Assembly: GCF_006345805.1 (NCBI RefSeq)
Contig: NC_043015.1
Span: 17,670,001-17,734,000 of the forward strand
Direction of reading: 5' to 3'
Source: Octopus sinensis
Lineage: Eukaryota
Length of the DNA stretch: 64,000 bases
The position numbers and the translations under genes are program-made. Positions 49,086-60,124 of this stretch are shown one piece after another. A model generated the notes under the pieces. It searched no databases. It was not told the origin of the DNA and was given only the letters and a program-made list of their open reading frames with translations. Positions within the stretch are counted from its first letter, which is position 1; each line of letters begins with the position of its first letter.

Positions 49086-50089
49086 GTGACTTCCCCATTT
49101 ATGCGTGAAGCAGTGAATAACGGAAATATGCTGGTTCAAACGGGCTGTTATGCGGCAGTGACGGGCAAAAGCCTGACAGCTGAGCTACTGCAGATACGCG
49201 AATTAGAAGTGAAGGATATGGACTGTAAGAAGTTTAATACCTTGTTGGAGAAGGAAGGAGGATGCCTACAGCTGACAACCCCCAAGGAAAGGACAGAGAA
49301 GACAGAGAGAAAAATCATTACTTATAGAACATTGAATATAGCGACAAGGAAGGTGGAAGTAGCAGGCGTTGAAGAGATAGAGGAATGCTTAAAAGATGTG
49401 ACAACTTTCTACAACGGAGGAAGAAAATTTGGCACGGTGGAGGTACGCTTCGTTAATGAAAACGAAGCAAAGAAGTACTCTACCATAGCCTTGAAATCAG
49501 CACAGTGGGCACTCTTGCCTACTTATTGTGGCAGACGCGCAGCCAGTGTGGGGATAGGGAGAGTGCCACCCGAAATTAACAAAGACTGGCTTGTGGCGGC
49601 CATCCTCTACAATACAGAGGAGAAAGTAGAGATATTGAAAATATCAAAGACAGTGGAGGTCAACTGGTGGGGATATGGCCTAGAGGTGATGGTACTTATC
49701 AGCCTGCCTGACCTCCACAAAATGATAGAAGAGATAGTCCTGCCCGATGAGACCAGACTGAGAGTCATGGTGGAGGGTGACCACCAATATGCTTCCAATG
49801 TGGTGCAAGGGGACACATAAAAGCAAAGTGTCCCCGGAAACATGCACAAGAGGTGGTGGAGAAGGATCGTCAGGAAGAAGTAAAAGTAATAGCAGAGGAG
49901 GAAGTAGAGCTCACTGAAGTAGAGATGAGAGGAAATAGTGAATCTCCACCGAAAAAGAAAAGAAAAACAGAGAAAAAGGAAAAAAGAAAAATGAAGCAAC
50001 GGGAGAACAAATACAAGCGCCGGAGCCTTCAACAAGTAAGGAGGAGGAGGTTTAGAGAAGGCCACGTAAAAGAAAACACGAAAGAATGA
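49086..50089 (+). pseudogene. Best-preserved family B ORF1 (244-aa open frame, then a 1-bp deletion just before the CCHC knuckle)
   Basis: Restoring one base in GAGGGTGACCACCA gives EGRPPICFQCGARGHIKAKCP, continuing into ORF 49853-50089. Confidence 0.8.
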
Positions 50090-51312
50090 TGGTGATGTAC
50101 GAGAAAAGTATAGAAATAGAAAAGCGAATTGCAAAAACGAAAGGTGTAATAAGAGTGAAACTGGCAGATAAGGAGGCGGATTGAAAGAAGAAGCAGTGTT
50201 GTTTGATGACGAAAAAGCAGCTAGAAGGAGATATTTGGAAGTAGGATGGATAATGCACCATACGGGTTCAATACAATGAATTACCACCAGTGGTAAATTT
50301 TGAAGATCTAATGGGGGCTTTTTTTCTGATATAAAAACGATACAAACTGAATTGTAAAAACAGTAAAATGGAACTTTCTATTTTGGGGGGTAGAAAGCCA
50401 TTTCATTATCATAATTCTTCACACCTCATAACTCATTCGTTAATCGTTATGTATACCCATGTTTGTGTTGTCTGTCCATGTAATGTCCTTTCTATAAATA
50501 AGGCTTTATGCCTATAATAAAGAAAAAAGCGTCGCATAGAGAATTTTTGAGTTGTTGATTTAGTCTGGCGATAACGTTGTTGTTGAGAGCGGTGAGTTAT
50601 TGGACCTTAAATTTTTGAAACTGTTATATTGTTGGAATTTTGTTAATTATTGTTGAATTTGTTTCTTTCTTCCCCATTTTTGGGTGAAGATATGGAAGCT
50701 GGCAGTTACGCTGCGGTGACAGGCAAAAGCCTGTCAGCCGACATGCAGCAACTGAAAGAAGTGAAGTTAAAAGACAAAAATTTTTTTAAGTTTAATGGAC
50801 TGTTTGAAAAGGAAGGGGATTTCCTCCGGTTGGCGTCACCTGTCGAATTTTTGCAAGAAGCCGAGAAGAAAATTATTGTGTATCGCATATTGAACATTGA
50901 AACAAAACATGTGGAAGTAGCAGAAATTGAAGCCATAGAGGGGTGTATACGGGAAGTCAAAGAAGTGATCACTTTCTATGCCAGAGGAAAGAAATACGGC
51001 ACAGTGGAGGTGCGTTTCATGAACGAAGAAGCAAAAAAGTACTCCACTGTGACTTTGAGAACGGCCAATTTACTGCGGAAAACGAGCCGCAAGAGTGAGG
51101 ATAGGGAGAGTGCCCCCGGAAATAGACGAGACATGGCTAGTGGCAGCCATCTTCTATAACTGTGAAAATGAAGCAGAAGTAATTAAGGTGGAGAAGTCTA
51201 ATGAGATAAATTGTTGAGGTTATGGACTAGAAGTGATAGTCTATATAGCCCTACCAGACTTGCATAAAATAGTAAAGGAGCAGGTGCTCCCCGATGAGAC
51301 CCAACTGAGAAT

Positions 51313-51432
51313 ATGTTATAATGATAGAAGTAGGGGACACATGCAGGCGAAGTGTCCCCATAAACAGGAGGAATGTTATAATGATAGAAGTAGGGGACAC
51401 ATGCAGGCGAAGTGTCCCCATAAACAGGAGGA
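51313..51432 (+). repeat. Exact 60-bp in-frame tandem duplication of the knuckle region in B4
   Basis: CYNDRSRGHMQAKCPHKQEE occurs twice. Confidence 0.95.
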
Positions 51433-52043
51433 ATTGGAGAAAAACCGGGCAGAGATGGTAACGGCAGTGGTGGAGGAAGAAAAGAAAGTAGAAGAAACAG
51501 TGGTAAACAAGAAAAGGACAAGTGCAGAGTCACTGCCAAAAAGCCCGAAAAAAAAGGCGGCAAAAGCACAAGAGAAAGAGGAAGAGAATGTAATTCGAAC
51601 CCTGGAACCGGAGCCGACAATAGGTAGGAGTCAAGAAGAGAGACATGAGAGGTGGAGGAAGAGGATAAGCGAAAAAATAGCGCAAATGAGGCAGTCAAGG
51701 CAGCCGAGAGGATAGATTATATTATTCATTTTTCATATTTGCATACGTCTTTTTATGTACCCCATGTTTTGTGTTGTCTGTCCTTGTGATGTCCCTTCTA
51801 TTTTGAGGCTTTATTCCTATAATAAAGAGAAAAGGCGTCACGTAGAGCAAACTGAAGCCGTCGGTCGACTAGATGTCGAGTCGTCGGAAGTGAGAGTTCG
51901 GTAGTTGAGTAGAAGTACATTATTGGCGAAGGCACGCCATCCGAATGTGCGATATGACAGTGACGACGAGGTTTCGAATAGTACCGAAATGGAAGAGTTA
52001 TTGAAAGCAGTTGTCAAACAACAAGAGCAGCAACAGCAGTGGA

Positions 52044-52275
52044 GGCGCAATGGCCCAATGGTTAGGGCAGCGGACTCGCGGTCGGAGGATCGCAGTTTTG
52101 ATTCGCAGACTAGGCGTTATGTGTGTTTATTGAGCGAAAGCACCTAAAGCTCCACGAGACTCCAGCAGGGGTGGTAGCGACCCCTGTTGTACTCTTTCGC
52201 TCCAACTTTCTCTCACTCTTTCTTCCTGTTTCTTGTCCCCGACTTCCTACGCAACCACTGAGTCTGGATGCGCAT
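52044..52275 (+). mobile_element. Third tRNA-derived SINE family (5' part), inserted in the Gypsy gag/pol
   Basis: GGCGCAATGGCCCAATGGTTAGGGCAG (A box) and a degenerate B box at ~52094-52105. Confidence 0.7.
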
Positions 52276-52679
52276 TTATACATCTGTCGTTGAAAGAAAA
52301 CGCGGTGCCGGTGTTCAAACCGAAAAGGAATGTACCTTTTGCGGCGTTAAATCAAGTTGAGAAGGAATTAAAAAGATTGGAAAACATGGAGGTAATTGCA
52401 AAAGCAGATTACTCTGAGTGGGCGGCTCCTACTGTATATATAAAAAGAACAACAAAATAAGAGTATGTGCGGACTTCTCAACTGATCTTAATGATTGTTT
52501 AAAAAATTACAATTATCCGCTTCCAAACCCAGAAGAAATATTTGCTAAGTGCAATGGTGGGAAAATTTTTTTCCAAGCTGGATTTGTCAGAGGCCTACCT
52601 CCAATTATTCGCTCGTTATGGGGCGCCAGATACGATCGTGTCAGATAATGGTACACAATTCACGGCGAAGGTTTGAAAT

Positions 52680-53540
52680 CTCTACTTAGATTTGATGACC
52701 AGATCTTATGCATATCATTACAGGCTGACCAGGCCATACACTTTCTAGTTAGAAAATCTTTTTCAGATGATGATATATATGATCCAAGATATTTGTAATC
52801 AGAAACCATATTTAAGAGCGTATTGCTGAGAGTATGGATGATGAATCACTGTTAGACAGGTACTTGTTTACATATTCAGTCTTGGACTCATTGAGGTAAA
52901 GATCTACATAATTTGAGGCTTGTTCATGAGATTGTAAAAGAGACTGGGCGTTGGAGAGAGAATCACTGATAAGAGCGATGTCGTCAGCAAAGTCAGTGTC
53001 TGTTAAGTGTTCAGCTGGGTGTCTGGAACTTCTAGGGTTTATTTCAAAGCCCTTACCAGAATTGGTATCAACTGACATACGTAGCACATAGTCAACGACA
53101 ATGATGAAGAGAAATGGGGCAAGTGTGTCTCCCTGCAGTATTCCGGCTTTGATTGAGAAAGATGATGTTTCCCCATCAGGAGTTAAGATGGTTGAAGACG
53201 TATCTGTGTAGAGGACCTTGATGGCAGAGATGATTTTGTCTGGAATCCCATAGAGCTTAAGAATTTCAAATATCTTGTACCTATCTACAGAGTCGAACGC
53301 TTTAGAAAAGTCTACAAACACCATTGCAAGATCGTGATTAAATGCTTTTGTTTCTTCAATGAGTCTGCGTAGGCATAGTATTTGGCTCAACGTTGAGCGC
53401 CCATGTCTCAATTCATTTTGGTTCTTTCGGAGCAAAGGTTCAACAAAAGGGACGAGACGATTTAGAATCAGTTTGTTGTACAAATTTGCAGCAATTGACA
53501 TTAGAGATATACCCCTGTAATGAGGGATAAATCGCCTTTT
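52680..53540 (-). pseudogene. RTE-related LINE RT fragment inserted in the Gypsy element
   Basis: YRGISLMSIAA.LYN, FVDFSKAFDSVDR, GILQGDTLAPFLF, DFADDIAL. Confidence 0.9.
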
Positions 53541-53959
53541 TTGGGTATTGGGATGATTTGAGATTGGTGCCAAATCTTTGGAGCTATAGAAGTGGAAAGT
53601 GTGTGATTGTAACACTGACATAGGTTGTACTGGTTTACAGTTTACCAGTAGCAGGATCCGATGCTGTATACATCGGACCTGACCTGATATAGAAGGCATA
53701 TAAACCAATTAAATTTGTTTTCTAAATCAAGAGGCGAGAGGAACCAATGTATATATGGTATGATTTGTTCGAGGTCCCAGAACCACTAACAGAAGCAGAA
53801 CCGACACGTAAGTCAAACAGGAAGGGAAATGACGGAAATTAACGCTAAGAGAAAAAGATATGCCAGTTTCTCACCAAGGAAATAAAATTGATAAATTTGA
53901 GTTTAGAAAAAACTCTCAAAAGGGGGAGGTGTTGTGTGGACGCCTCCAAACGATAAGTA

Positions 53960-54508
53960 CGATTCCTCTATTTGCTGGTTCCCCAGAACTTCGTAGAAGT
54001 TGTGTGGGTTTTTTACTACCCAGTTCTTCGTTGTTAAATAATTTTGCGAATTCTTTTTGTTTAGAACTTGACGTACGCTTCAATATTTCTTCTTTAATGG
54101 ATGAATACGAAACTGGTTCCATAGGGTTCAGCAGCAAACCCCTGATTTCATTGCTTAGAGGTGGAGGCAAATTACTAAGCATGATGTTGTACTTCTGTTC
54201 TTCATTTGTTATTCTGTTAGCTTTGAAGCTTGCCTCTAGTTGTGCCAACCAAATTACAGTGTCTCCAGTCCACGGAGGACAATTCAATACATTGACAGAA
54301 GCTTGTGTGTAACTTCTGTCGAAGTATGATGTCTCGAATTCTTTTTTTTCCTGCTCCATTATATTTGTGAATATATATTTTTTTTGTTTTTTCGTTTTTC
54401 TTAAAAGGTTTCTTCTTCAGCGTTCTCTTGTGTCAATAATTCCGTAACTTATTACTGTCTGCGTAGTATATACGAATGGCTGCGTATTTGAAAACGTTCG
54501 GGTCACCA
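53960..54508 (-). mobile_element. Gypsy gag N-terminus (54359 leftward) with leader and tRNA-Trp-type PBS (54499-54508)
   Basis: PPW...WLAQLEASF...ITNEEQKY...LP...YSSIKEEILKR...EELGSKKPTQLLR. The minus strand reads CTTACA-C-TGGTGACCCGAACGT. Confidence 0.85.
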
Positions 54509-54509
54509 G

Positions 54510-55436
54510 TGTAAGAAATACGAACGCACGTGGTCGCATTGGGTAGGGAATACGATCGCACGTGGTCATATTCTTAACGAATTATTACAAGCCATAAATA
54601 CATGCAGTAACAACAGAACATAAGTGAATTGACGACAGCGTGGCAGTTTCAGCCATTTTGAAATATGACTATAGCGATTTCTAATATCTTCACTATTTGA
54701 AAGGCAAGACAGAAATTATCTCGTTTGAGGTTACAGCCATCTTTGGCCAACTTGTTCCTGTTGTAAACACTAACCTGATTGGTTGACACGTGACGCGATT
54801 TGTCTCCACTTATTTTCGCACCACTGTCCCGAAACAACCAATCACGGCCTTTGGTTAAGATTCCATTTCTGAGGCTCGTTTGAGCCACCCAACCGGTATA
54901 TAAAGGAGTGTTTTCAGACACTTTTTGTCTTTGGTTCCAGTCCTTGTAAGGACTAACTTCAGACCACAGAGCTACTCAACCCGGCGACAGACGATTGCTC
55001 CTGCTACAACTAGCGACGATGCTAATGTACACTCACCACAGAAAGCCTACTACCTTCGCCGTCGCCACCATCATGTACCAACCTCGAGTCGCCTCTAACA
55101 TCTTCGCCATACAAACTGTAAACCAATTTCCATTATTAATTCTATGCTTTGTACCTTTCTATGCCACATGCATTCACCCTGATTGTATATGTCACACACA
55201 CGAACACACAGACACAAAAACGTGTTGCATACGCACATACGTGCTAACACTTACAAACTTCTAACATCAGCACGATTGTAAATAAAATGATATTTATCTC
55301 TCAACCGAAGGCTTGTCGTCAATTCACTAATGTTCTTTTGGTATTGCATTGTATTTATGGCTTATAATAATTCGTTAAGACCACGTGCGATCGTATTCCC
55401 TACACAATGCGACCACGTGCGTTCATATTTCTTACA
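54510..55436. mobile_element. 927-bp LTR-like element with ~125-bp terminal inverted repeats
   Basis: 54510-54637 is approximately the reverse complement of 55314-55436, with TG...CA ends. Plus-strand CCAAT (~54838), TATATAAAGG (~54897) and AATAAA (~55281). Confidence 0.85.
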
Positions 55437-57309
55437 GTCACAAATGAGTATATAGTCAATCGGAAAATAAGAATTTTTTATTTCAAAATTTCCAAAACAT
55501 TTTGTGCTGTTTTGCAACATTTTTCAATTTCGTTTTCTGAGAAAGCTTGAGATTACAGTTAAATGTTTGGTAAAAACACTCTTCACCTCTAATAGTTAAT
55601 GTATATTAACCCATTACTTCTAAATCAAACAAATGTGTGTCAAAGAAATGTAAAGTCCTGAATGAGTAAACGGTATATGAGCAGAGAATATTTCAATTCA
55701 AAATTTTCAAACAATTTCATGCTGATTTGCAACATTTTGTGACTTCATGTTTTCTGTTAATGTATATTAAACCTTAACTTCTGAATCCGAGAAGTGTGTA
55801 TCATAAAGAATAATGTGATAAATGCTTGCAACATTTTGCAACTTCGTTTTCAGAGTTCCGTGAAATATAATCTTCACATCAGTTCTCGATCCCACAAGTG
55901 CTTCTTAAAAAAAGTGTGTATGTATGATGAGTGTTTGTCAGAAAAATTAAAATTCATGTGTAAGTAGTAAATGTGGAAACAAGAATTTTTTATTTCAGTA
56001 TTTTTGAAACAATTTCATGCTAATTTCAAACATTTTGTGACTTTATATTTTCTGAGAAAGCTTGAGATTTCATTGAAATGTTTGGTAAATCTTCATCTCC
56101 AACAGTTAATGTATGTTAACCCATTACCTCTGAATGAAACGAGTGTGTGTCAAAGAAATATAACGTCACGAATGAGTAAATAGTGTATGGGAAAAGAATA
56201 AATTTTCATTTCAAAATCTTCAAACAATTTCATTCTGATTTCCAACATTTTGTGACTTCATATTTTCTGAAAAAGCTTGAATTTCAGTGAGTATATAGTA
56301 AATCGGAAAGGAAACATTTTTCGTTTCAAAATTTCCAAACAATTTCATGCTTGTTTGCAACATTTTGCAACTTCATGTTTTCCGAGAAAGCTTGAGACGT
56401 TAGGTAAATATAATCTTCACAAAAAGCAGTTAATGTTTATTCACTCAATACTTTTCAATCGAAAACTGAGTGTCAGAAAAATGAAAGGCAGAAGAATTTT
56501 TCATTTCAAATTCTATCAAAGAATTTCATTCTGCTTTCCAATCTTGTGATTTCATATTTTCTGAAGAGGCTTGAAATTCAGTGACATGTTTGGAAAATAT
56601 ATTCTTCACCTCTATCTGTCAATGTACTTTAAACATTTACTTCTGAATCTGCGAAGTTTGTATCATAAAAAATATTGTAATGTAATTGTTTTCGCACTTA
56701 TGAGGGTTAGTGTTAGGGTTGGGTTAGTGGTAGGGGGATAGTGAGGGGTAGGGCTAGGGCTAGGTTTAGAGTTAGGGTTAGGAGCAGGGTTAGATTTAGG
56801 GATAGGCCTATGTTAGGATTAGGTTTAGGGTTAGTGTTAGGGGTAGGTTTAGTGTTAGAGTTAGGGTTATTAAATCCGAAAACAAATATTTCTCATTTGA
56901 AAATTTTCAAACGATTTCATGCTGATTTGCAACATTTTGCAACTTCATATTGAAAAAGTTTGAGATTTCAGTGAAACGTTTAGTAAATATAATCTTCACA
57001 TCTACCAGTTAATGTATATTAACAAATTAATTGTCAATCCGACGTGTAATTATTATAAATTTTTCATTTCAAAATCTTCAAACAATTTCATTGTTTTTCA
57101 ACATTTTGTGACTTCATACTTTCTGAAAATGCTTGAAGTTCAGTGAAATGTTTGGTGTACATTCTTAGTGTATCTTAAACCTTTACTTCTGAATCCGCGA
57201 AGTGTGTATCATAAAAAATAATGTCATAAATGTGTAATATATTTGTTTTCGCATTTTAAAGTGTTAGGCTACTGATAGGGTTAGATTTAGGGTTAGTGTT
57301 AAGTTTAGG

Positions 57310-57474
57310 TTAACAACAATAACAACAACAACATCAAAAAATACCTTAGGAATGAGAACCCAGGTTCGAAATTTCCCCAAGACACCTGATGAAGGCTGGA
57401 GGGTATATCAGCCGAAACGTTGTGTTAACTATCAAGACGAGGACAAATCAATTGTAAATAATGTAAATAATGTA
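57310..57474 (+). mobile_element. Short Penelope-like pLTR / retrozyme-type insert
   Basis: Non-satellite 165-bp segment containing a hammerhead core and ending in (TGTAAATAA)2. Confidence 0.65.
57381..57426 (+). ncRNA. Minimal type I hammerhead ribozyme
   Basis: GACAC-CTGATGA-A-GGCTG(GAGGGTATAT)CAGCC-GAAA-C-GTT-GTGTT. Helix I is ACAC/GTGT, helix II is 5 bp, and helix III is reduced to the palindrome AACGTT. Confidence 0.8.
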
Positions 57475-57649
57475 TTTCAGTGAAATGTTTGGTAAATATA
57501 ACCTTCACATCTGTCTGTTAATGTATATTAAACCTTTATTTCTGAAACCGACAAGTGTATATCATAAAAAATAAAGTCATAAGAGAATAATATATTTGTT
57601 TTCAAATTTAAGAGAAAGTCGCGTGAGCATTTCGTAACCCGAAGAGCAG

Positions 57650-60124
57650 GAAGGGTGAGGGTTAGGGATTAGTGTAAGGGATAAGATTAGGGTTAATGTT
57701 AGGGTTAGTGTCAGGGTTAGCGTTATATTCAGGGTTAGTGTCAGTATTAGGGTTAGGGTTAGGGTTAGCGTTTAAGGTTTAAGGTGAGGGTTAGGTTAGG
57801 TTTAGGTTTAGGGTAAGGGTTAGGGTTTGGGCTAGGGTTTAGAGTTGAGTTCGAGTTACGGTTAAGTTTAGGGTTAGGGTTAGAGCTAGGGTTAGGGTTA
57901 AAGTTAGTATTATGGTTAGGGTTAGTGTGAGGGTTAGAGATAGTTTTATGTTTTAGGGTTTAGTGTTAAATTTAGGGTTAGGGTTAGAGTGAGGGTTATG
58001 TGAGGAATAGTGTTAGGGTTAGGGTTATGGTTGGGGTTGGTATTATGGTTAAGGTTAGGTTTAGGGTGTGATCTAGGGATAGGGCTAGGGTTAAGGCTAG
58101 GTTTAGAGTTAGGGTTAGCGTTAGTGTTAGTGTTACGGTTAGCATTAGCATAATGGCTTAGGGTGTACGGTTGGGTTAGGGTTTGGGATAGGGTGATGGT
58201 AAGAGTTAGTGTTAGGCTTAGGGTTAGGGTTCGGGTTAATGTTATGGTTAAGGTTAGAATTAGGGCGAGGGTTAGGTTTAAGTTTAGGGTTATGGATAGG
58301 TTTAGTGTTGGTGTTAGGATTAGGGTTAAGGAGAGGGTCAGAGCTAGGGTTAGGGTTATGGTTAGAATTAGGGTTAGGGTTAAGATTAGGGTTAGGGTTA
58401 AGGTTAGCATTAGTGTTAGGGTTATGGTTTGGGGTAGTGTACGGATTAGGTTTATTGTTAGATTTAGGATTAGGGTTAGGTTTCGGTTTTTGGTTAGGGT
58501 TAGGATTAGCGTAATAGTTTAGGGTGAATGCTTGTGCAAGGGTTTGGGATAGGGTTAGGTTTAGATTTAGTTTTAGGGTTACTGTTAGTGTTAAGTTTAC
58601 GGTTAGGGTTAGGTTTAGTTTTAGTATGAAGGTTAAGGGTTAGTGTTACGGTTAGGTATAAGCTTAGATTTAGGGTGAGGGTTAAGGTTATTGTTAGGGT
58701 TAGGGTTACGTTCTGTGTTATGTTTAGGGTTAGGTTTAAGGTCAGCGTTAGTATTAGGGTTAAGGGTTAGGTTTAGGGTTAGGGATAGGGTTGGGGTTAG
58801 TGTTAGGGTTAGTGTAAGTGTTGGGGTTAGGGTTAGGGTAAGGGTTATGGTTAGTGTTAGGGTTAGAGTTAGTGTTAGGTTTAAGGTCAGGGTTAGGTTT
58901 AAGGTTACGGTTAGTGTTAGGGTGAGGTTTAGGGTTAGGGTTAGGGATATGTTTAGGGTGAAGGACGGGTTATGGTTAGGTTTAGGTTTAGTGTTAGGGT
59001 TGGGGATAGGTTAGGTTTAGGGCCAGGCTTAGGGTTAGGGTTTGGGGTAGTGTTAGAGTTAGGGTTAGGATTATTGTTACGTTGATGGTTAGAGTTAGGG
59101 TTAGTTTTAAGGTTAGGGTTAGTGTTAATGTTAGTTTTAGGGTTAGAGTTAATGATAAGTTTAAGGTTAAATGGAAGGTAATGGTAATGGTTAGGTTTAG
59201 TGTTAGGGTTCTATCTAGGGTTAAGATTAGTGTTAGGGTTAGTGTTATGGTTAGGGCTAGGATTAGGGTTAGATTTAGGTTTAGTTTTAGGGTTAGCATT
59301 AGGTTTAGGGTTAGGGTTTGAGTTAGCTTTAAGGTTAGGTTTAGATTTAGTGTTAGGGTTAAGGTTAAGGTTATGGTTAGGCGTAGGTCTAGTGTTAGGT
59401 TCAGGGTTAGGTTTAGTGTTAGTCTCAGTGTTTAGATTTAATGTGACGGTTAGGTTTAAGCTTAGGATTAGGGTGAAGGTTAGGGATAGGTTTGGTATAA
59501 GTGTTAGGGTTAATGTAAGTTTTAGTGTAACCCTAAAACTTTAGGGTTAGGGTTAGGTTTAGGCTTAGGGTAAGGATTAGGGTCAGAGTTAGGGTTAGGG
59601 TAAAAGTTAGGACTAGTGTTAGGGTTAGGGTTATGTTTATTGTTAGGTTTGGGTTAAGTTTAGGGTTAGGGTAGAGTTAGTGTAAGAGTAAGGGTTAGGG
59701 TTAGGTTTAGTTTTAGGGTTTCGGTTAGGGTTAGGAGTAGGTGTAGGGTGAAGTTTAAGGTTATGTTTAGTGTTAGTGTTTGGGTTAGGGTTAATGTAAG
59801 GGTGAGGTTTAGGGTTAGGGTTAGGGATATGTTTAGCGTGAAAGGTAGGTTTAGGGTTTTGGTTAGGATTAGGGTTTGTGTTAAGGTTAGGTTTAGGGTT
59901 AGGGTTATGGTTAGGATTAGACTTTGGATTAAGGTTACATTTAGGGTTAGGGTTAGGGTTAGGTTGAGTGCAAGGTTTAGGGTTAGGGTTTGGATGAGTT
60001 TGAGGGTTAGGTTTAGGCTCTAGGGTTGGGGATAGTGTTAGGGTTAGTGTTAGGGTTAGGGTTTGGTTTAGGGTTAGGTTTAGGCTTGGGTTCGGTTTAG
60101 GTTTAGGTTGAGGGTTAGGGTTAT
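57650..60124 (+). repeat. Degenerate (TTAGGG)n array
   Basis: TTAGGG, TTAGTG, TTTAGG, TTAAGG and TTAGAG variants in 6-nt phase; G-rich strand on plus. Confidence 0.97.

Larger units (their letters stand above)
45203..51834 (+). mobile_element. Family B: head-to-tail array of four ORF1-only (HAL1-like) units, B1 45203-46742, B2 47720-48945, B3 48946-50528, B4 50529-51834
   Basis: Peptides YAAVTGKSL, GRKFGTVEVRF, LLPTYCGRRAASV, WLVAAI, LPDETRLRV.VEGRPP.CF.C..RGH...CP. 3' ends ...TGTTGTCTGTCC...AATAAAGA-rich. No RT or endonuclease belongs to these units. Confidence 0.85.
45129..53959 (+). mobile_element. Internally deleted Gypsy (Mag-like) LTR element hosting nested insertions
   Basis: The same LTR start TGTTGTGTGGACGCC.CCA.ACGATAAGTA occurs at 45129 and 53930. 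PPT AAAAGGGGGAGG at 53918-53929; LTR end ...TACA at 51919; PBS-like TGGCGA at 51924. Also gag start MEELLKAVVKQQ, RT (PVFKPKRNVPF...WAAPTV...CADFS) and integrase (GAPDTIVSDNGTQFT). Confidence 0.75.
55437..57650 (+). repeat. Satellite block interleaved with short TTAGGG-variant tracts (56702-56870, 57261-57312)
   Basis: Satellite monomer plus telomeric variants. Confidence 0.9.

Noticed and set aside
53916-53959. C-terminal LIVWRRPHNTSPF of ORF 53916-54359 as part of gag
   Set aside because: These bases are the opposite-strand PPT and 3' LTR start of the other Gypsy element, matching 45129-45158.
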